Assembly: GCA_045534225.1 (NCBI GenBank)
Contig: JAZSJJ010000009.1
Location: 7,543-71,542 of the forward strand
Origin: Clostridia bacterium
GTDB lineage: Bacteria > Bacillota > Clostridia > TANB77 > CAG-465
Direction of reading: 5' to 3'
Length of the DNA: 64,000 bases
In this document: positions 28,961 to 39,874 of the stretch, one piece after another
Position numbering within the stretch: position 1 is the first letter of the stretch
Layout: every line of letters starts with the position of its first letter
Position numbers and translations under genes: made by a program
The notes under the pieces: model-generated
Database searches by the model: none
What the model was told of the DNA's origin: nothing
What the model saw: the letters and a program-made list of their open reading frames with translations, nothing else

Positions 28961-30154
28961 CTATTTTAAACAATGTTGTACATTTTCTATAATGTATTCT
29001 ATTTCTTCTTCCGTAAGTAATGTATGTAATGGTAATGTTACTTCGTTTTTATACATTTCATACGCATTAGGATAATCATTAATACTAAATCCCATATTTT
29101 TATATGCAGTCATCATAGGAAGTGGCTTATAATTAACATTCGTAGCAATACCCTTCTCGGCAAGTTTTACAATAATATCATTTCTTTGTTCTTCTGTAAT
29201 TCCATTGACTCTTAACAAATATAAATGACCGCTAGACTTTTTGTCTTCTGTAATATGCACTGGACATTTTACATTATAATCTTTTAATCCAGCAGTATAT
29301 TTTTGTATAACTTCTTGTCTTCTTTCTAATAAAGCATCGTATCTTTCTAGTTGCGCTAATCCTATTCCGGCCATTATATCTGTCATATTGCATTTATATG
29401 CAGGATATACAATATCGTATTCCCATGCTCTTAATTTATTTTTAGCTAGAGCATCTTTTGATTGTCCATGCAAAGATAAAAGCATAAATTCTTTGTAAAG
29501 TTTTTCATTATCTAAGCCCTCTATCGTTTTCCATGTTAAAGCCCCACCTTCTGCTGTTGTTAAATTTTTTACAGCATGAAATGAAAAACTTGTAAAATCT
29601 GCTACGTTGCCCGTTTTTTTTCCTTTATATTCAGCACCAAAAGAATGTGCGCCGTCAGCAACAACAACAACTCTTCCATATAAAGACTGAATATCATTAT
29701 TAGATTCAAATAAATCCTTTTTCTTATATACTATATTAAATATTTTTTCATAATCACAAGGTACTCCTGCAATATCTATCGGAATTATCGCTTTTGTTTT
29801 ATTAGTTATTGCTTTTTCTAAAGCTTCATAATCCATTTCAAATGAATCCTTAGCAACATCTACTAATATTAATTTTGCACCTATATGTTCAACCACACTT
29901 GCTGACGCCGTATAAGTATAAGCTGATGTGATAACCTCATCACCTTTACCTATCCCTAATACTCTTAGTATTAATTCTAAGCAAGCCGTTGCTGAATTTA
30001 AACAAACTACTTTTTCAACATTGCAATACTCCGCAATTTTTTGTTCAAATAATTTTGTTTTAGGTCCGGTTGTAATCCAACCAGATTTTAATACTTCCAC
30101 AACATTTTCTATTTCTCTTTCAGATATATCGGGCTGCGAAAATTTTATATTCAT
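28961..30154 (-). CDS. DegT/DnrJ/EryC1/StrS sugar aminotransferase
   Basis: SGWITTGPK, DGAHSFG, SFSFHAVKNLTTAEGG (PLP lysine), YKCNMTD; start set at ATG 30154. Confidence 0.93.
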   Translation of the reverse strand: MNIKFSQPDISEREIENVVEVLKSGWITTGPKTKLFEQKIAEYCNVEKVVCLNSATACLELILRVLGIGKGDEVITSAYTYTASASVVEHIGAKLILVDVAKDSFEMDYEALEKAITNKTKAIIPIDIAGVPCDYEKIFNIVYKKKDLFESNNDIQSLYGRVVVVADGAHSFGAEYKGKKTGNVADFTSFSFHAVKNLTTAEGGALTWKTIEGLDNEKLYKEFMLLSLHGQSKDALAKNKLRAWEYDIVYPAYKCNMTDIMAGIGLAQLERYDALLERRQEVIQKYTAGLKDYNVKCPVHITEDKKSSGHLYLLRVNGITEEQRNDIIVKLAEKGIATNVNYKPLPMMTAYKNMGFSINDYPNAYEMYKNEVTLPLHTLLTEEEIEYIIENVQHCLK

Positions 30155-30241
30155 ATATTTTCCTTCTTTCTTAATTCGATTCGCTTTTCCATTCTTTGGG
30201 TTTTCTTTCGATTTCGTTTGTACCACTCTTATTATCTATGG

Positions 30242-32140
30242 TCACAATATATCTTCTGTTTCTACAAATGTTGGTACAATTTTCTTTATAATGCTTTTTA
30301 CTTTTATTCTATCTATTGCATCATTTGAATCAATTAATGTTCTTAATGTATCCAAATCCTTATTTACTGCTTTAGGATCAAAATCCATTATCTTAGTAAC
30401 CATTATCTTTTCGTGTATAGTTTTAGATAATCCTTCTTCTTCTACTAACAATTCTTCATATAGTTTTTCACCAGGTCTTAAACCAGTAATTTTTATTGGT
30501 ATATCTACATTTGGTTCATAACCACTAAGCTTAATTAATTTATATGCTAAATCATAAATCTTAACCGGGCTTCCCATATCTAATACAAATATTTCTCCAC
30601 CTTCTGCAAAAGTAATTGCTTGAAGTATTAATCCTACTGCTTCTGGTATGGTCATAAAGTATCTTGTTATATCTTTATGCGTAACTGTTACAGGTCCCCC
30701 CGCTTCTATTTGGTTCTTAAATATTGGTATTACTGAGCCATGACTTCCAAGTACATTACCAAATCTTACTGCAACATAATTTGTTTTAGTTTTTTCGTTT
30801 TGCATTTGGATAATCATCTCACAAATTCTTTTTGTGGCTCCCATTACACTTGTAGGGTTAACCGCTTTATCTGTGGATACAAGTATAAACTTGTCCACGT
30901 TACATTTATCTGCGGCTTTAGCTACATTATATGTCCCAAACACATTGTTTTTTATCGCCTCTATTGGGCTTGTCTCCATTAATGGCACATGTTTATGCGC
31001 TGCTGCGTGGAATACTATCTCCGGTTTATATTTAGCAAATAGTTCATTTATTCTCTTACTATCTCTTACACTAGCTATTATTGCTGTTAAGTTAAGTTCT
31101 GGATACTTCTTTCTTATTTCCAGTTCTGTTTCATATAATGTGTTTTCATAAATATCTACCATAAGTAATTCTTTAGCTCCAAAACCAGCTATTTGTCTAC
31201 ATAGTTCTGAACCAATTGAGCCACCACCACCAGTTACAAGTACAACTTTACCATGAATAAATTTCTTTATGTCATTGTCTTCTAGTCTTATTGGCTCTCT
31301 GCCTAATAAGTCTTCTATTTGAACATCCTTAAAAGCTTTTATTTCTATAGGTTTATCGCTTAGCATTAATTCCTTCATGTCTGGTATTACTTTTACTTTA
31401 GCTTTTGTTTCATTACAAATATTTAGTATCTCTGCTTTTTGCACTTTATCTATATTAGAAATTGCAAAAAGAATAACATCAACATTTTCCTTTTCACAAA
31501 TTGAAATTATCTTATCTCTGCCACCAACTATTTTTATTCCATTTATTATGCTATTAATTTTAGCCTCGTTATCGTCTATTATTCCAACTACTTTATATTT
31601 TTTATCTATTTTAGGAAGTAGATCTCTTATGATTTGTACACCTGCACTACCTGCTCCAATAATAAGAAGTTTTTCAACGCCAACTCTAGTTAACTTTAAG
31701 TTCTCATAAAAAGCTAATGAGAATCTTATCATAACCCTTGCGCCTATCATTAAACCTGCAACAAAAAAAGAAGTTAATATGTTTTCTCTTATAGAATACA
31801 CATCATAAGGTGTCAATTCTGTTAATCCACAAACTACTATCCCTGCAAATACAGAAACTGCCGCATATATAACATATTCTCTAGCTCCCGTGTATTCAGT
31901 TATACTTCTATATACTCTTGCAAGTAAATACACAGGAATATATATTGCAATAGCAACTAAATATGTTTGATATGTTCCTTTTAATAGTTCTCCTGTTCCC
32001 GTGAAAAAGTTCATTAATGCAAACGCAACGATTACTAGCATAGCATCCATTGCAATCAATAATCCTTTTCTGCATATTTTATTTTCTAATATATATTTCC
32101 CTTTCAATATACTTATATCCTCACTATTTTTCCCCGACAA
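30242..32140 (-). CDS. capD: CapD/PglF-like UDP-GlcNAc 4,6-dehydratase
   Basis: N-terminal TM block, IEDLLGRE, TGGGGSIGSE, HAAAHKHVP, STDKAV, RFGNVLGS, RPGEKLYEEL. Confidence 0.93.
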   Translation of the reverse strand: MSGKNSEDISILKGKYILENKICRKGLLIAMDAMLVIVAFALMNFFTGTGELLKGTYQTYLVAIAIYIPVYLLARVYRSITEYTGAREYVIYAAVSVFAGIVVCGLTELTPYDVYSIRENILTSFFVAGLMIGARVMIRFSLAFYENLKLTRVGVEKLLIIGAGSAGVQIIRDLLPKIDKKYKVVGIIDDNEAKINSIINGIKIVGGRDKIISICEKENVDVILFAISNIDKVQKAEILNICNETKAKVKVIPDMKELMLSDKPIEIKAFKDVQIEDLLGREPIRLEDNDIKKFIHGKVVLVTGGGGSIGSELCRQIAGFGAKELLMVDIYENTLYETELEIRKKYPELNLTAIIASVRDSKRINELFAKYKPEIVFHAAAHKHVPLMETSPIEAIKNNVFGTYNVAKAADKCNVDKFILVSTDKAVNPTSVMGATKRICEMIIQMQNEKTKTNYVAVRFGNVLGSHGSVIPIFKNQIEAGGPVTVTHKDITRYFMTIPEAVGLILQAITFAEGGEIFVLDMGSPVKIYDLAYKLIKLSGYEPNVDIPIKITGLRPGEKLYEELLVEEEGLSKTIHEKIMVTKIMDFDPKAVNKDLDTLRTLIDSNDAIDRIKVKSIIKKIVPTFVETEDIL

Positions 32141-32228
32141 ATCGTCTCATATATATTATCACAAAGTATGTACATTTTCAATGATTTTATGTCGTTTAAT
32201 TATGTTTCCGTCGTTTGGTTATGTACAT

Positions 32229-32259
32229 TAAAGAAGTAGGCTATAAACCTACTTCTTTA
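32229..32259. terminator. Terminator upstream of capD
   Basis: TAAAGAAGTAGG-CTATAAA-CCTACTTCTTTA perfect stem. Confidence 0.7.
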
Positions 32260-32280
32260 TGCCATCTTTACTGCTAAAAT

Positions 32281-32514
32281 TTATTTATTTTTTATCTCTT
32301 GTAGTTGTTGTACTAGCTTTCTAAACTGTAATTTTATACTTTTATCATTTATTAATAATGCTACTTCCTTAAACATTGGAATACTTTTATTTGCACTAGT
32401 AATTCCTAATTTAGAATATATATTTGCTGTCTTCACGAATGTATCTGTTACTATACATTCACGAGTTTCATTAAACTCATATTCTTTATTAGATTTTTCT
32501 TTTTCAAGTTCCAC
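32281..32514 (-). CDS. Hypothetical protein, possibly the 3' half of a disrupted gene
   Basis: 77-aa ORF with GTG start and no clear RBS; an adjacent open frame continues upstream to about 32690. Confidence 0.35.
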   Translation of the reverse strand: MELEKEKSNKEYEFNETRECIVTDTFVKTANIYSKLGITSANKSIPMFKEVALLINDKSIKLQFRKLVQQLQEIKNK

Positions 32515-32828
32515 AGTCTTTTCTATGCTTATTAATATATTTTATTATAGTTGTAAAACTCTTGCTTGTTAGACTTTTAACACTTGCTTTAGTTGAGGCT
32601 ACATTAAGTTTTTCACCTTGTTCTTCTTTTATCTCTTTATATAAAGTAGTTTCTAAATTTCCTAAATAATCTATAACTTCTTCTATTACATAATTTTACT
32701 ACATATAATTCAACCGGTCAACTAAAGAATTCTTTTTAATGTAACAAAAAACATAGCGTGTTTATACATTCTATGTTTTTTATAATAATATAATAATTAA
32801 TACTATTAGCTGTTTATTATACAATAAT

Positions 32829-33371
32829 TTACTGGTTATTTATTTTTACTGTATACATCTTCTTAGACCTTAATAATTTGTAATTTGAATATACAAAATC
32901 TACAAATATTATTCCAAACAATAAATATATTGCAAATATTAATGTTGGACCTTTAGCTAAATAAAAGAATCTCGTTAACGCAGGAAGTAAATATTTAATA
33001 TATAACACTCCTAGTGTTCCCCAAATCACAGAAAATTCCAAGCAGACTTTTTCATCTAATTTAAATGTCATATCCGAATAATCCCAAAGTTTAAGTCCAT
33101 ACATATCTCTTAAAAGAATATATGTTACATACTCCATTAGTGTAAGAACTGCCGCAGATAGCAAAAACAATATAGCAGGATTTGTTGTTATCCTAGATAT
33201 TATGGTTGAAAGTACAACAGTACCTAATCCATATAATATGCAAAACGGAGTGTTTAATATTCCCGGACTTTTATCTAAATGTCCTGCCACATATCTAAAA
33301 GCACATTCTAAAAGCCAACCTGCAAACGCTCCAATAATAAAAAAATATATACATTCTAACATAATCGTCAC
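32829..33371 (-). CDS. Putative ABC transporter permease-like membrane protein (DUF1113 type)
   Basis: GWLLEC, PFCILYG, LKLWDYSD, CLEFSVIWG motifs. Confidence 0.8.
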   Translation of the reverse strand: MTIMLECIYFFIIGAFAGWLLECAFRYVAGHLDKSPGILNTPFCILYGLGTVVLSTIISRITTNPAILFLLSAAVLTLMEYVTYILLRDMYGLKLWDYSDMTFKLDEKVCLEFSVIWGTLGVLYIKYLLPALTRFFYLAKGPTLIFAIYLLFGIIFVDFVYSNYKLLRSKKMYTVKINNQ

Positions 33372-33428
33372 CTGTATATATTTTTTACCAATATTTAGTT
33401 TTTATACTGAATATACTGTTATTTACTT

Positions 33429-34520
33429 TTATTTTGTATATTCTCTATCTACTCTTTTACCAATTGTAGTTATTACTTCATAATGAATTGTATTTGTTAA
33501 AGCCGCTATTTCTTCTAATTTAATTCCATCATAATCAAAAATTATGGCTTCATCACCCAGGCTAACATCTATACCTGTTACGTCTATCATACAAGTATCC
33601 ATGCATATTCTACCTATAATTGGTGCCTCTTTTCCATTTACTATAACTTTGAATTTATTAGACAAAGCTCTTGTTAAACCATCCGCATATCCTATTTGAA
33701 GAACAGCTATTTTAGTTTCCTTATCTGTAGTATATGTAGCACCATAACTTACACTATGACCTGTTCCAACCGTACGTATATTGCATACTGGTGCTGTTAA
33801 TTTAAATATACCTTTTAAATCCGCTTCACCTTTAAACATAGCATCTGGGAAATAGCCATATAGCGAAATACCAAGTCTCACAATATTATATTTCTCTAAA
33901 TTGTATTTCATTATACCAGCGCTATTATCTATATGTTTATTTGGAATAACTATACCATTTTCTTCTAATATTTTTACACTTTCTTCAAATGTTTCCATTT
34001 GTTTTTTTGTAAAATCTTCTTTACCTTTAACATCTGCACACGAGAAATGTGTATATATTCCGTCAACTTCAATATTTACTAAAGACTTTAATACGTTTGC
34101 AAGTTCCACTAATTCTTCTTTAGCAAATCCAAGTCTAGTCATACCAGTATCTATAGCAAGTTCTACTTTAATTTTTCCACTTGCTTTTTCATTTAGTTCT
34201 TTTAATATCTCTATATTTGATACGCTATATATAGCATCTACATTTACCGCTTCTTCTACTTCGTATGGAAGTAATCCTGAAAACACAACTATTTTCCCTT
34301 TAATACCATTACTTCTTAGTTTCTTTGCTTCTTTTAGATAAGCAACACCAAAGTTTTTTATGCCGTTTGACTCTAAATATTTAGTGGACTCTACAAGGCC
34401 TGAACCATACGCATCAGCTTTAACCATTGCAAGTATTTCTTGACCATTATGTAATTTTGTTTTTATACTTTCTATATTATGTTTTAAATTAGAAAGATTA
34501 ACCGTAAGTCTTGCTGGCAT
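33429..34520 (-). CDS. alr: Alanine racemase
   Basis: AMVKADAYG, DTGMTRLG, YTHFS, SYG, IGYADG, GRICMD. Confidence 0.96.
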   Translation of the reverse strand: MPARLTVNLSNLKHNIESIKTKLHNGQEILAMVKADAYGSGLVESTKYLESNGIKNFGVAYLKEAKKLRSNGIKGKIVVFSGLLPYEVEEAVNVDAIYSVSNIEILKELNEKASGKIKVELAIDTGMTRLGFAKEELVELANVLKSLVNIEVDGIYTHFSCADVKGKEDFTKKQMETFEESVKILEENGIVIPNKHIDNSAGIMKYNLEKYNIVRLGISLYGYFPDAMFKGEADLKGIFKLTAPVCNIRTVGTGHSVSYGATYTTDKETKIAVLQIGYADGLTRALSNKFKVIVNGKEAPIIGRICMDTCMIDVTGIDVSLGDEAIIFDYDGIKLEEIAALTNTIHYEVITTIGKRVDREYTK

Positions 34521-35338
34521 TATGCTTCACCTCCAATATATCCACTGTACATAAGTATTGCCGCTGCTACACCAACATTAAGTGATTCTTGTATACTTTC
34601 CATCGGTATTTTTACAAACGAATCACAAATCTCTTTTATTTCTTCGCTCATACCATTTGCTTCGTTTCCTAATACATATACTGTTTTATTATTAGGTTCT
34701 ATTTCGTTTAAATATTTAGTAGCTTTAAGGTCTGTTCCACATAAATCATAGCCATTTAATGTTAAAGCATCTTTAACATCTTTCATTTCATCTAAATTTA
34801 CATAGAATATATTTGTTTTATATATTGCTCCCATTGTACTGCGTATTACCTTAGAAGAATATACATCTACACTACCTTTTAGACATATTATATTATTTAT
34901 TCCAAAAGCTACTGCTGTACGAATTATAGTACCCATATTTCCTGCATCTTGAATTTTATCTAGTACTATAATCTTCTCACTATTATTTATATTATTAATT
35001 AAATCTTTTAATTCGCATTTTTTCTTTTCTAATACTACCAAAACACCCTGTGGAGTTTCTGTATCAGATAAATACTCAAACACTTTATTATCTACTTCTA
35101 ATACATTACTTAAGTCTTTAAGATTTTCGTATAACTCCTTGCCGCCTTGATGTGCTTCAAGAAGTTCCCTAGAGATAACAATAAACTCAAGGGTATTATC
35201 CCCTGAGCTTATGTGTTCATTTACTAGTTTAATACCTTCCAAAATATATTTGTTATATTTGTCTCTGTATTTTTTATCTTTTAGACTATTAATGTATTTG
35301 ATTTTTTCGTTACTTTTACTAACTATTATCATATACAC
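34520..35338 (-). CDS. TrmH/SpoU-family RNA methyltransferase
   Basis: IQDAGNMGTIIRTA, LGNEANG, ESLNVGVAA. Confidence 0.92.
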   Translation of the reverse strand: MYMIIVSKSNEKIKYINSLKDKKYRDKYNKYILEGIKLVNEHISSGDNTLEFIVISRELLEAHQGGKELYENLKDLSNVLEVDNKVFEYLSDTETPQGVLVVLEKKKCELKDLINNINNSEKIIVLDKIQDAGNMGTIIRTAVAFGINNIICLKGSVDVYSSKVIRSTMGAIYKTNIFYVNLDEMKDVKDALTLNGYDLCGTDLKATKYLNEIEPNNKTVYVLGNEANGMSEEIKEICDSFVKIPMESIQESLNVGVAAAILMYSGYIGGEA

Positions 35339-35355
35339 TATCTTCTTTTCTTTAA

Positions 35356-36387
35356 TTATTTTGTTTCAGTAGTTTCATCTTCATGAATGATTCCTAATTC
35401 AGTATCTATTCTTAAAGATAATTCTTTAACTGCTTCTAATTCTTTTTTGCTTGTTTCATCAGCTGGATCAAACACTTCACTTATTCTATCTGAAATGTAT
35501 GCATTTATGAAGTATGAAAGTTCAGTTTCATCTGTAAGTCTTCCATTCTTTTCAATGCTATCTAATTTTACGATATGATATCCGTATTCTGTTTCAACAA
35601 TTTTAGCTGCAACTTGACCTGCTTTTAATTTAGTAACTGCTTCTCTATATTCTTTTACAACTGAAGCGTTGTTAACCATATCAAATTGTCCACCATTTTG
35701 AGCCGAACCATCATCAGAATATTCTGCTGCAAGTTTTGCAAAATCATCACCTTTTTTAACTTTTGCTAAAACATCATTAGCTTCTTTTAATAATTTAGCT
35801 TTATCTGCATCTGTCATATCTGCTTTAAATGCAAATAATATGTGTCTTGTTTTATAAATGTTAAGGTCAGCATCTTCGCCTTCTTCTTGAGTTATGAATT
35901 TCTTCATTTCTTCTGTAGTTATTTTTTCTTGTTTTGCATCAAGATAAGCTGTTATAACTGAGTTTTTCTCAAAGAATACTTTTAATTCGTCTACGTCAAC
36001 ACCTTGTGCTACTAGACCTTCAACATTTTCTTTATCTGCGAATTGATCATTTATTGATTTTTGATCTTCGTCAGTAATTTTAAATCCTGCTTCTACAGCT
36101 TCTTTATATAAAACTTCGTTTAATAATATTTCATCTACTACTAATTCTGGTGCTGCATCTGGATTATATCCATAGTATGCTAATGTTGGCGCCCAGTATC
36201 TATACACAGCTTCGTAAGTTCCTCTAGTAACTTCTCCACCTTTGTAGTGTATTACTACTTCACTGTTTACTCCCCAGAATACATAGCCTACAATTGCTGC
36301 TGTAAGTACAAGTACAACTGCTATAACAATTCCTATTATTAAAGAATCTTTGCTACCTGGTTTTTTTACTTTTTGTTCTTTTTCCAT
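35356..36387 (-). CDS. prsA: PrsA-like peptidyl-prolyl isomerase (parvulin)
   Basis: N-terminal anchor, RHILF, FAKLAAEYSDD, GYHIVK; downstream of mfd. Confidence 0.85.
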   Translation of the reverse strand: MEKEQKVKKPGSKDSLIIGIVIAVVLVLTAAIVGYVFWGVNSEVVIHYKGGEVTRGTYEAVYRYWAPTLAYYGYNPDAAPELVVDEILLNEVLYKEAVEAGFKITDEDQKSINDQFADKENVEGLVAQGVDVDELKVFFEKNSVITAYLDAKQEKITTEEMKKFITQEEGEDADLNIYKTRHILFAFKADMTDADKAKLLKEANDVLAKVKKGDDFAKLAAEYSDDGSAQNGGQFDMVNNASVVKEYREAVTKLKAGQVAAKIVETEYGYHIVKLDSIEKNGRLTDETELSYFINAYISDRISEVFDPADETSKKELEAVKELSLRIDTELGIIHEDETTETK

Positions 36388-36408
36388 TTTTTCTACCCCT
36401 ATTCTTTC

Positions 36409-39400
36409 CTATTTACTCATGGTTTGTTCAAGTATACCAATCGAGCTATTTACAAAGCTCAATATATCACTTTTTGAGCTATTTGTCAACCTATATTTTA
36501 TGTGATTTTTTGTATTATCCATAAAGTATAAAAAGTCTCCCATAACTTTTACTTCTTTTATACCTAACTTCCTACATTTGTTTCTTAATTTAACTATTTC
36601 AATTAAATTCATAGTTTCCTTTGGAATTTCACCAAATCTATCTATAAATTCATCAATTACATCTTCAATATCTTCTTCCGTATCAGCATTTGAAAGTTTA
36701 CCATACATCTCAATCTTAAGCATACTGTTTTTAATATAATCGCTTGGAATATTAGCAGATACATCTAATGTAATCTTAACATCTTCGGAAATTTTTTCAC
36801 CCGATGCATCATTATCTATCTTAAGTTTTTCTTTTTCTATAGCTTTGTTTAACATTGATGCATACATATCATAACCTACCATCATCATATGGCCAGACTG
36901 CTCTGCACCTAAAAGGTTACCTGCTCCTCTTATTTCAAGATCCCTTAAAGCTATCTTAAATCCACTTCCAAATTCACTATAGTCTTTAATTGCACCTAAA
37001 CGTTTAGAAGCTTCTTCTGTTAGTATACTTCCTCTATTATATGTCACATACGCATAAGCAAGTCTATTTGAACGACCAACTCTTCCGCGTATTTGGTAAA
37101 GTTGTGCTAAACCTAACTTGTCTGCGTTTTCTATAATTATCGTATTTGCATTTGGTATATCTATACCAGACTCTAGGATCGTTGTACAAACCAAAATATC
37201 TGATTCATGGTTCATATACTCTACCATCGTATCTTCAATTTGATTTGGTGTCATCTTACCGTGCGCATAAGCAACTCTTGCTGTTGGTGCTAGACTTCTA
37301 ACTTTAGCAACTATGCTTTCAATGTTTTCTACTCTATTACTTAAATAGAATACTTGACCATCACGAGCAAGTTCTTTCTCTATTCCCTCAGCAACCATTG
37401 CTGCATTATATTCTGATACATATGTATGCACTGGCAATCTTTCTTGTGGTGGTTCTGTTATTACAGAGACATCACGTATTCCTATCATAGACATATGTAA
37501 TGTTCTTGGTATTGGTGTTGCTGTCATAGAAAGTACATCTATATTGTTTTTATACTTCTTAATCTTCTCTTTATCTTCAACACCAAATCTATGCTCTTCA
37601 TCTATTATTAACAATCCTAAATCCTTAAACTTAACATCTTTAGAAAGTATTCTATGAGTTCCTACTACTACATCTATTTCTCCACTTGCAAGTTTAGCTA
37701 TTATTTCTTGCTGTTGTTTTGCCGTTCTAAAACGGCTAAGCATTTCTACCTTAACACCAAACTTTTCCATACGGTTTTTAAATGTATTAAATTGTTGCAA
37801 AGATAGTACTGTTGTTGGAACTAGATATGCAACTTGCTTAGAATCCATAACTGCTTTAAAAGCGCCACGAATCGCCACTTCAGTTTTAACATAACCAACA
37901 TCACCACATAAAAGTCTGTCCATTGGTTTTTGGTTCTCCATATCTTTTTTCATTTCCATTATGGCTCTTTTTTGGTCATTAGTTAATTCATACTCAAAGT
38001 CTGCTTCAAACTCTCTTTGCCATGGTGTATCTTTAGAGAACGCAAATCCTTTCGCTTGAGCTCTTTTTGCATAAAGTAATGTTAACTCTTTTGCCACATC
38101 GCTAACATGTTTAGTAACCTTAGCTTTAGTATTTTCCCATTCCTTAGTACCAAGTTTGTTCATTTTAGGAGCAAAACCGTCTTCACAGACGTACTTCTTA
38201 ATACTGTCTAAACTTGTGATTGGAATGTATAGTGTTCCTCCATCTTTATATTCTAACTTGATGTAGTCTTTTACCACACCTGCCGTATCTATTGTTTCAA
38301 TACCTAAATATTTACCTATACCGTGATTTACATGTACTACATAATCTCCAACCTTTAAGTCTTCATAAGAATTTAGCATATCTCCCATAAAAGCTTTTGA
38401 AGATTTAATTTCTTTCTTAGAAGTACCCGCTACATTTTCAGATACTACAACAAGATCAAATTCATCATAAGCAAATCCGGCTGAAATCAATCCTTGTGTA
38501 ATATATATAGTGTTATTATCTAAATCATCTATCATAGATATATCTTGTATAAACTTAGTTTTTACACCATTGTCTTCCATAGCATTTTTTACAGTTTCAA
38601 CTTTTTGAAGTGTAGAAAATACCATTAATATTATTTTTCTTTCGTCTTTATATCTCTTGATGTCCTTAATAAGTAGATCCATTGTGCTACGAAAAAAGTT
38701 GACCTCCCTACAGCTAAAGCTGTACTCTTTTCTTTTCGCATGCATAACTCTATCTTGTCCTAGTTTACTCATATATACTGTAGATAGGCTTTTTAGTTTA
38801 AGTTCTATTTCCTCAAAACTAACGTATTTGAATGCATATTTAGAATATACATTACCACTCATTGTTATTACTTTTATCGCTTCGTTATTTTCGTATTTAA
38901 TGGCCTCTGCTCTACTAATTTCCCTTGCAGTTTCATCCATAAAGATTGCATAGTTAGATTCTAAATAATCTAGTAATGTAACTCTTTCCGGAACAAACAG
39001 TTCATAATATCTATCTATTAGTCCAGAAATATTACCTTCTTCCATTCTCTCTATGTCTGCTTTAATACTTTTTTTGACATCTAAAGAAATATCTTCATCA
39101 AGAACACTCTTAAGTTTATTAATAGCGTTATCTTTAGTATCTATTGATACAACATGTTCCGTAGAAAATGTTATATAGAAATCATGGACAGTATCCATAC
39201 TTCTTTGTGTTTCAGTATCAAAAGTTCTGATGTTATCCACTTCAGTACCAAACAGTTCAACTCTATATGGCATCTTAGCATCAGTTGGGAATATATCTAT
39301 TATTCCACCTCTTACAGAAAATTGTCCTTTAGCAAGAACAACATCCTCGCGACTATACCCAAGTCTATCTAATTTTAATATAACATCGTCTAAATCCAAT

Positions 39401-39837
39401 TCTTGTCCCAAAGATATTGTCATATTAAGGTTTTCATATTCCTTTTTAGGTAACATTGGTTGAAGTAGTGCATCAATTGTAGTAACAAGTATCATATCTT
39501 TGTTTTCTACAAGTTTAGATATAGCCTGTACTCTTGCATTATTTGTATCTCTACTTTGTGCGTCTATATCATAATATATAATTTCACGCGCAGGCATAAA
39601 TACAATGTCCTTTTCTGCATAAAACTTAATATCTTGCATAAATCTTTTTGCAGAACTTACATTTGGGCACACAACAACTGGGCGCACGCCACTATAATTG
39701 TACAAACTATATATGACGTGTGCCTTAGTTGCATCTGTTAGTCCCGTTATACTTAAATTTGTTTCACCATCTTTAATGCACTTTAGAAGTTCCTTAAACT
39801 TACTGTGCTTTGGCAGTTCTTTAACTAGCGGATTCAT
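36409..39837 (-). CDS. mfd: Transcription-repair coupling factor
   Basis: UvrB-homology region, VVHVNHGIG RID, DEEHRFG, SATPIPRTL-like MTATPIPRTL, QIRGRVGRS, RDLEIRGAGNLLG; Walker A reads GDVGYVKT. Confidence 0.96.
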   Translation of the reverse strand: MNPLVKELPKHSKFKELLKCIKDGETNLSITGLTDATKAHVIYSLYNYSGVRPVVVCPNVSSAKRFMQDIKFYAEKDIVFMPAREIIYYDIDAQSRDTNNARVQAISKLVENKDMILVTTIDALLQPMLPKKEYENLNMTISLGQELDLDDVILKLDRLGYSREDVVLAKGQFSVRGGIIDIFPTDAKMPYRVELFGTEVDNIRTFDTETQRSMDTVHDFYITFSTEHVVSIDTKDNAINKLKSVLDEDISLDVKKSIKADIERMEEGNISGLIDRYYELFVPERVTLLDYLESNYAIFMDETAREISRAEAIKYENNEAIKVITMSGNVYSKYAFKYVSFEEIELKLKSLSTVYMSKLGQDRVMHAKRKEYSFSCREVNFFRSTMDLLIKDIKRYKDERKIILMVFSTLQKVETVKNAMEDNGVKTKFIQDISMIDDLDNNTIYITQGLISAGFAYDEFDLVVVSENVAGTSKKEIKSSKAFMGDMLNSYEDLKVGDYVVHVNHGIGKYLGIETIDTAGVVKDYIKLEYKDGGTLYIPITSLDSIKKYVCEDGFAPKMNKLGTKEWENTKAKVTKHVSDVAKELTLLYAKRAQAKGFAFSKDTPWQREFEADFEYELTNDQKRAIMEMKKDMENQKPMDRLLCGDVGYVKTEVAIRGAFKAVMDSKQVAYLVPTTVLSLQQFNTFKNRMEKFGVKVEMLSRFRTAKQQQEIIAKLASGEIDVVVGTHRILSKDVKFKDLGLLIIDEEHRFGVEDKEKIKKYKNNIDVLSMTATPIPRTLHMSMIGIRDVSVITEPPQERLPVHTYVSEYNAAMVAEGIEKELARDGQVFYLSNRVENIESIVAKVRSLAPTARVAYAHGKMTPNQIEDTMVEYMNHESDILVCTTILESGIDIPNANTIIIENADKLGLAQLYQIRGRVGRSNRLAYAYVTYNRGSILTEEASKRLGAIKDYSEFGSGFKIALRDLEIRGAGNLLGAEQSGHMMMVGYDMYASMLNKAIEKEKLKIDNDASGEKISEDVKITLDVSANIPSDYIKNSMLKIEMYGKLSNADTEEDIEDVIDEFIDRFGEIPKETMNLIEIVKLRNKCRKLGIKEVKVMGDFLYFMDNTKNHIKYRLTNSSKSDILSFVNSSIGILEQTMSK

Positions 39838-39874
39838 CTTATCTCCTTTATATGTTTAATACTATATATGCTTA

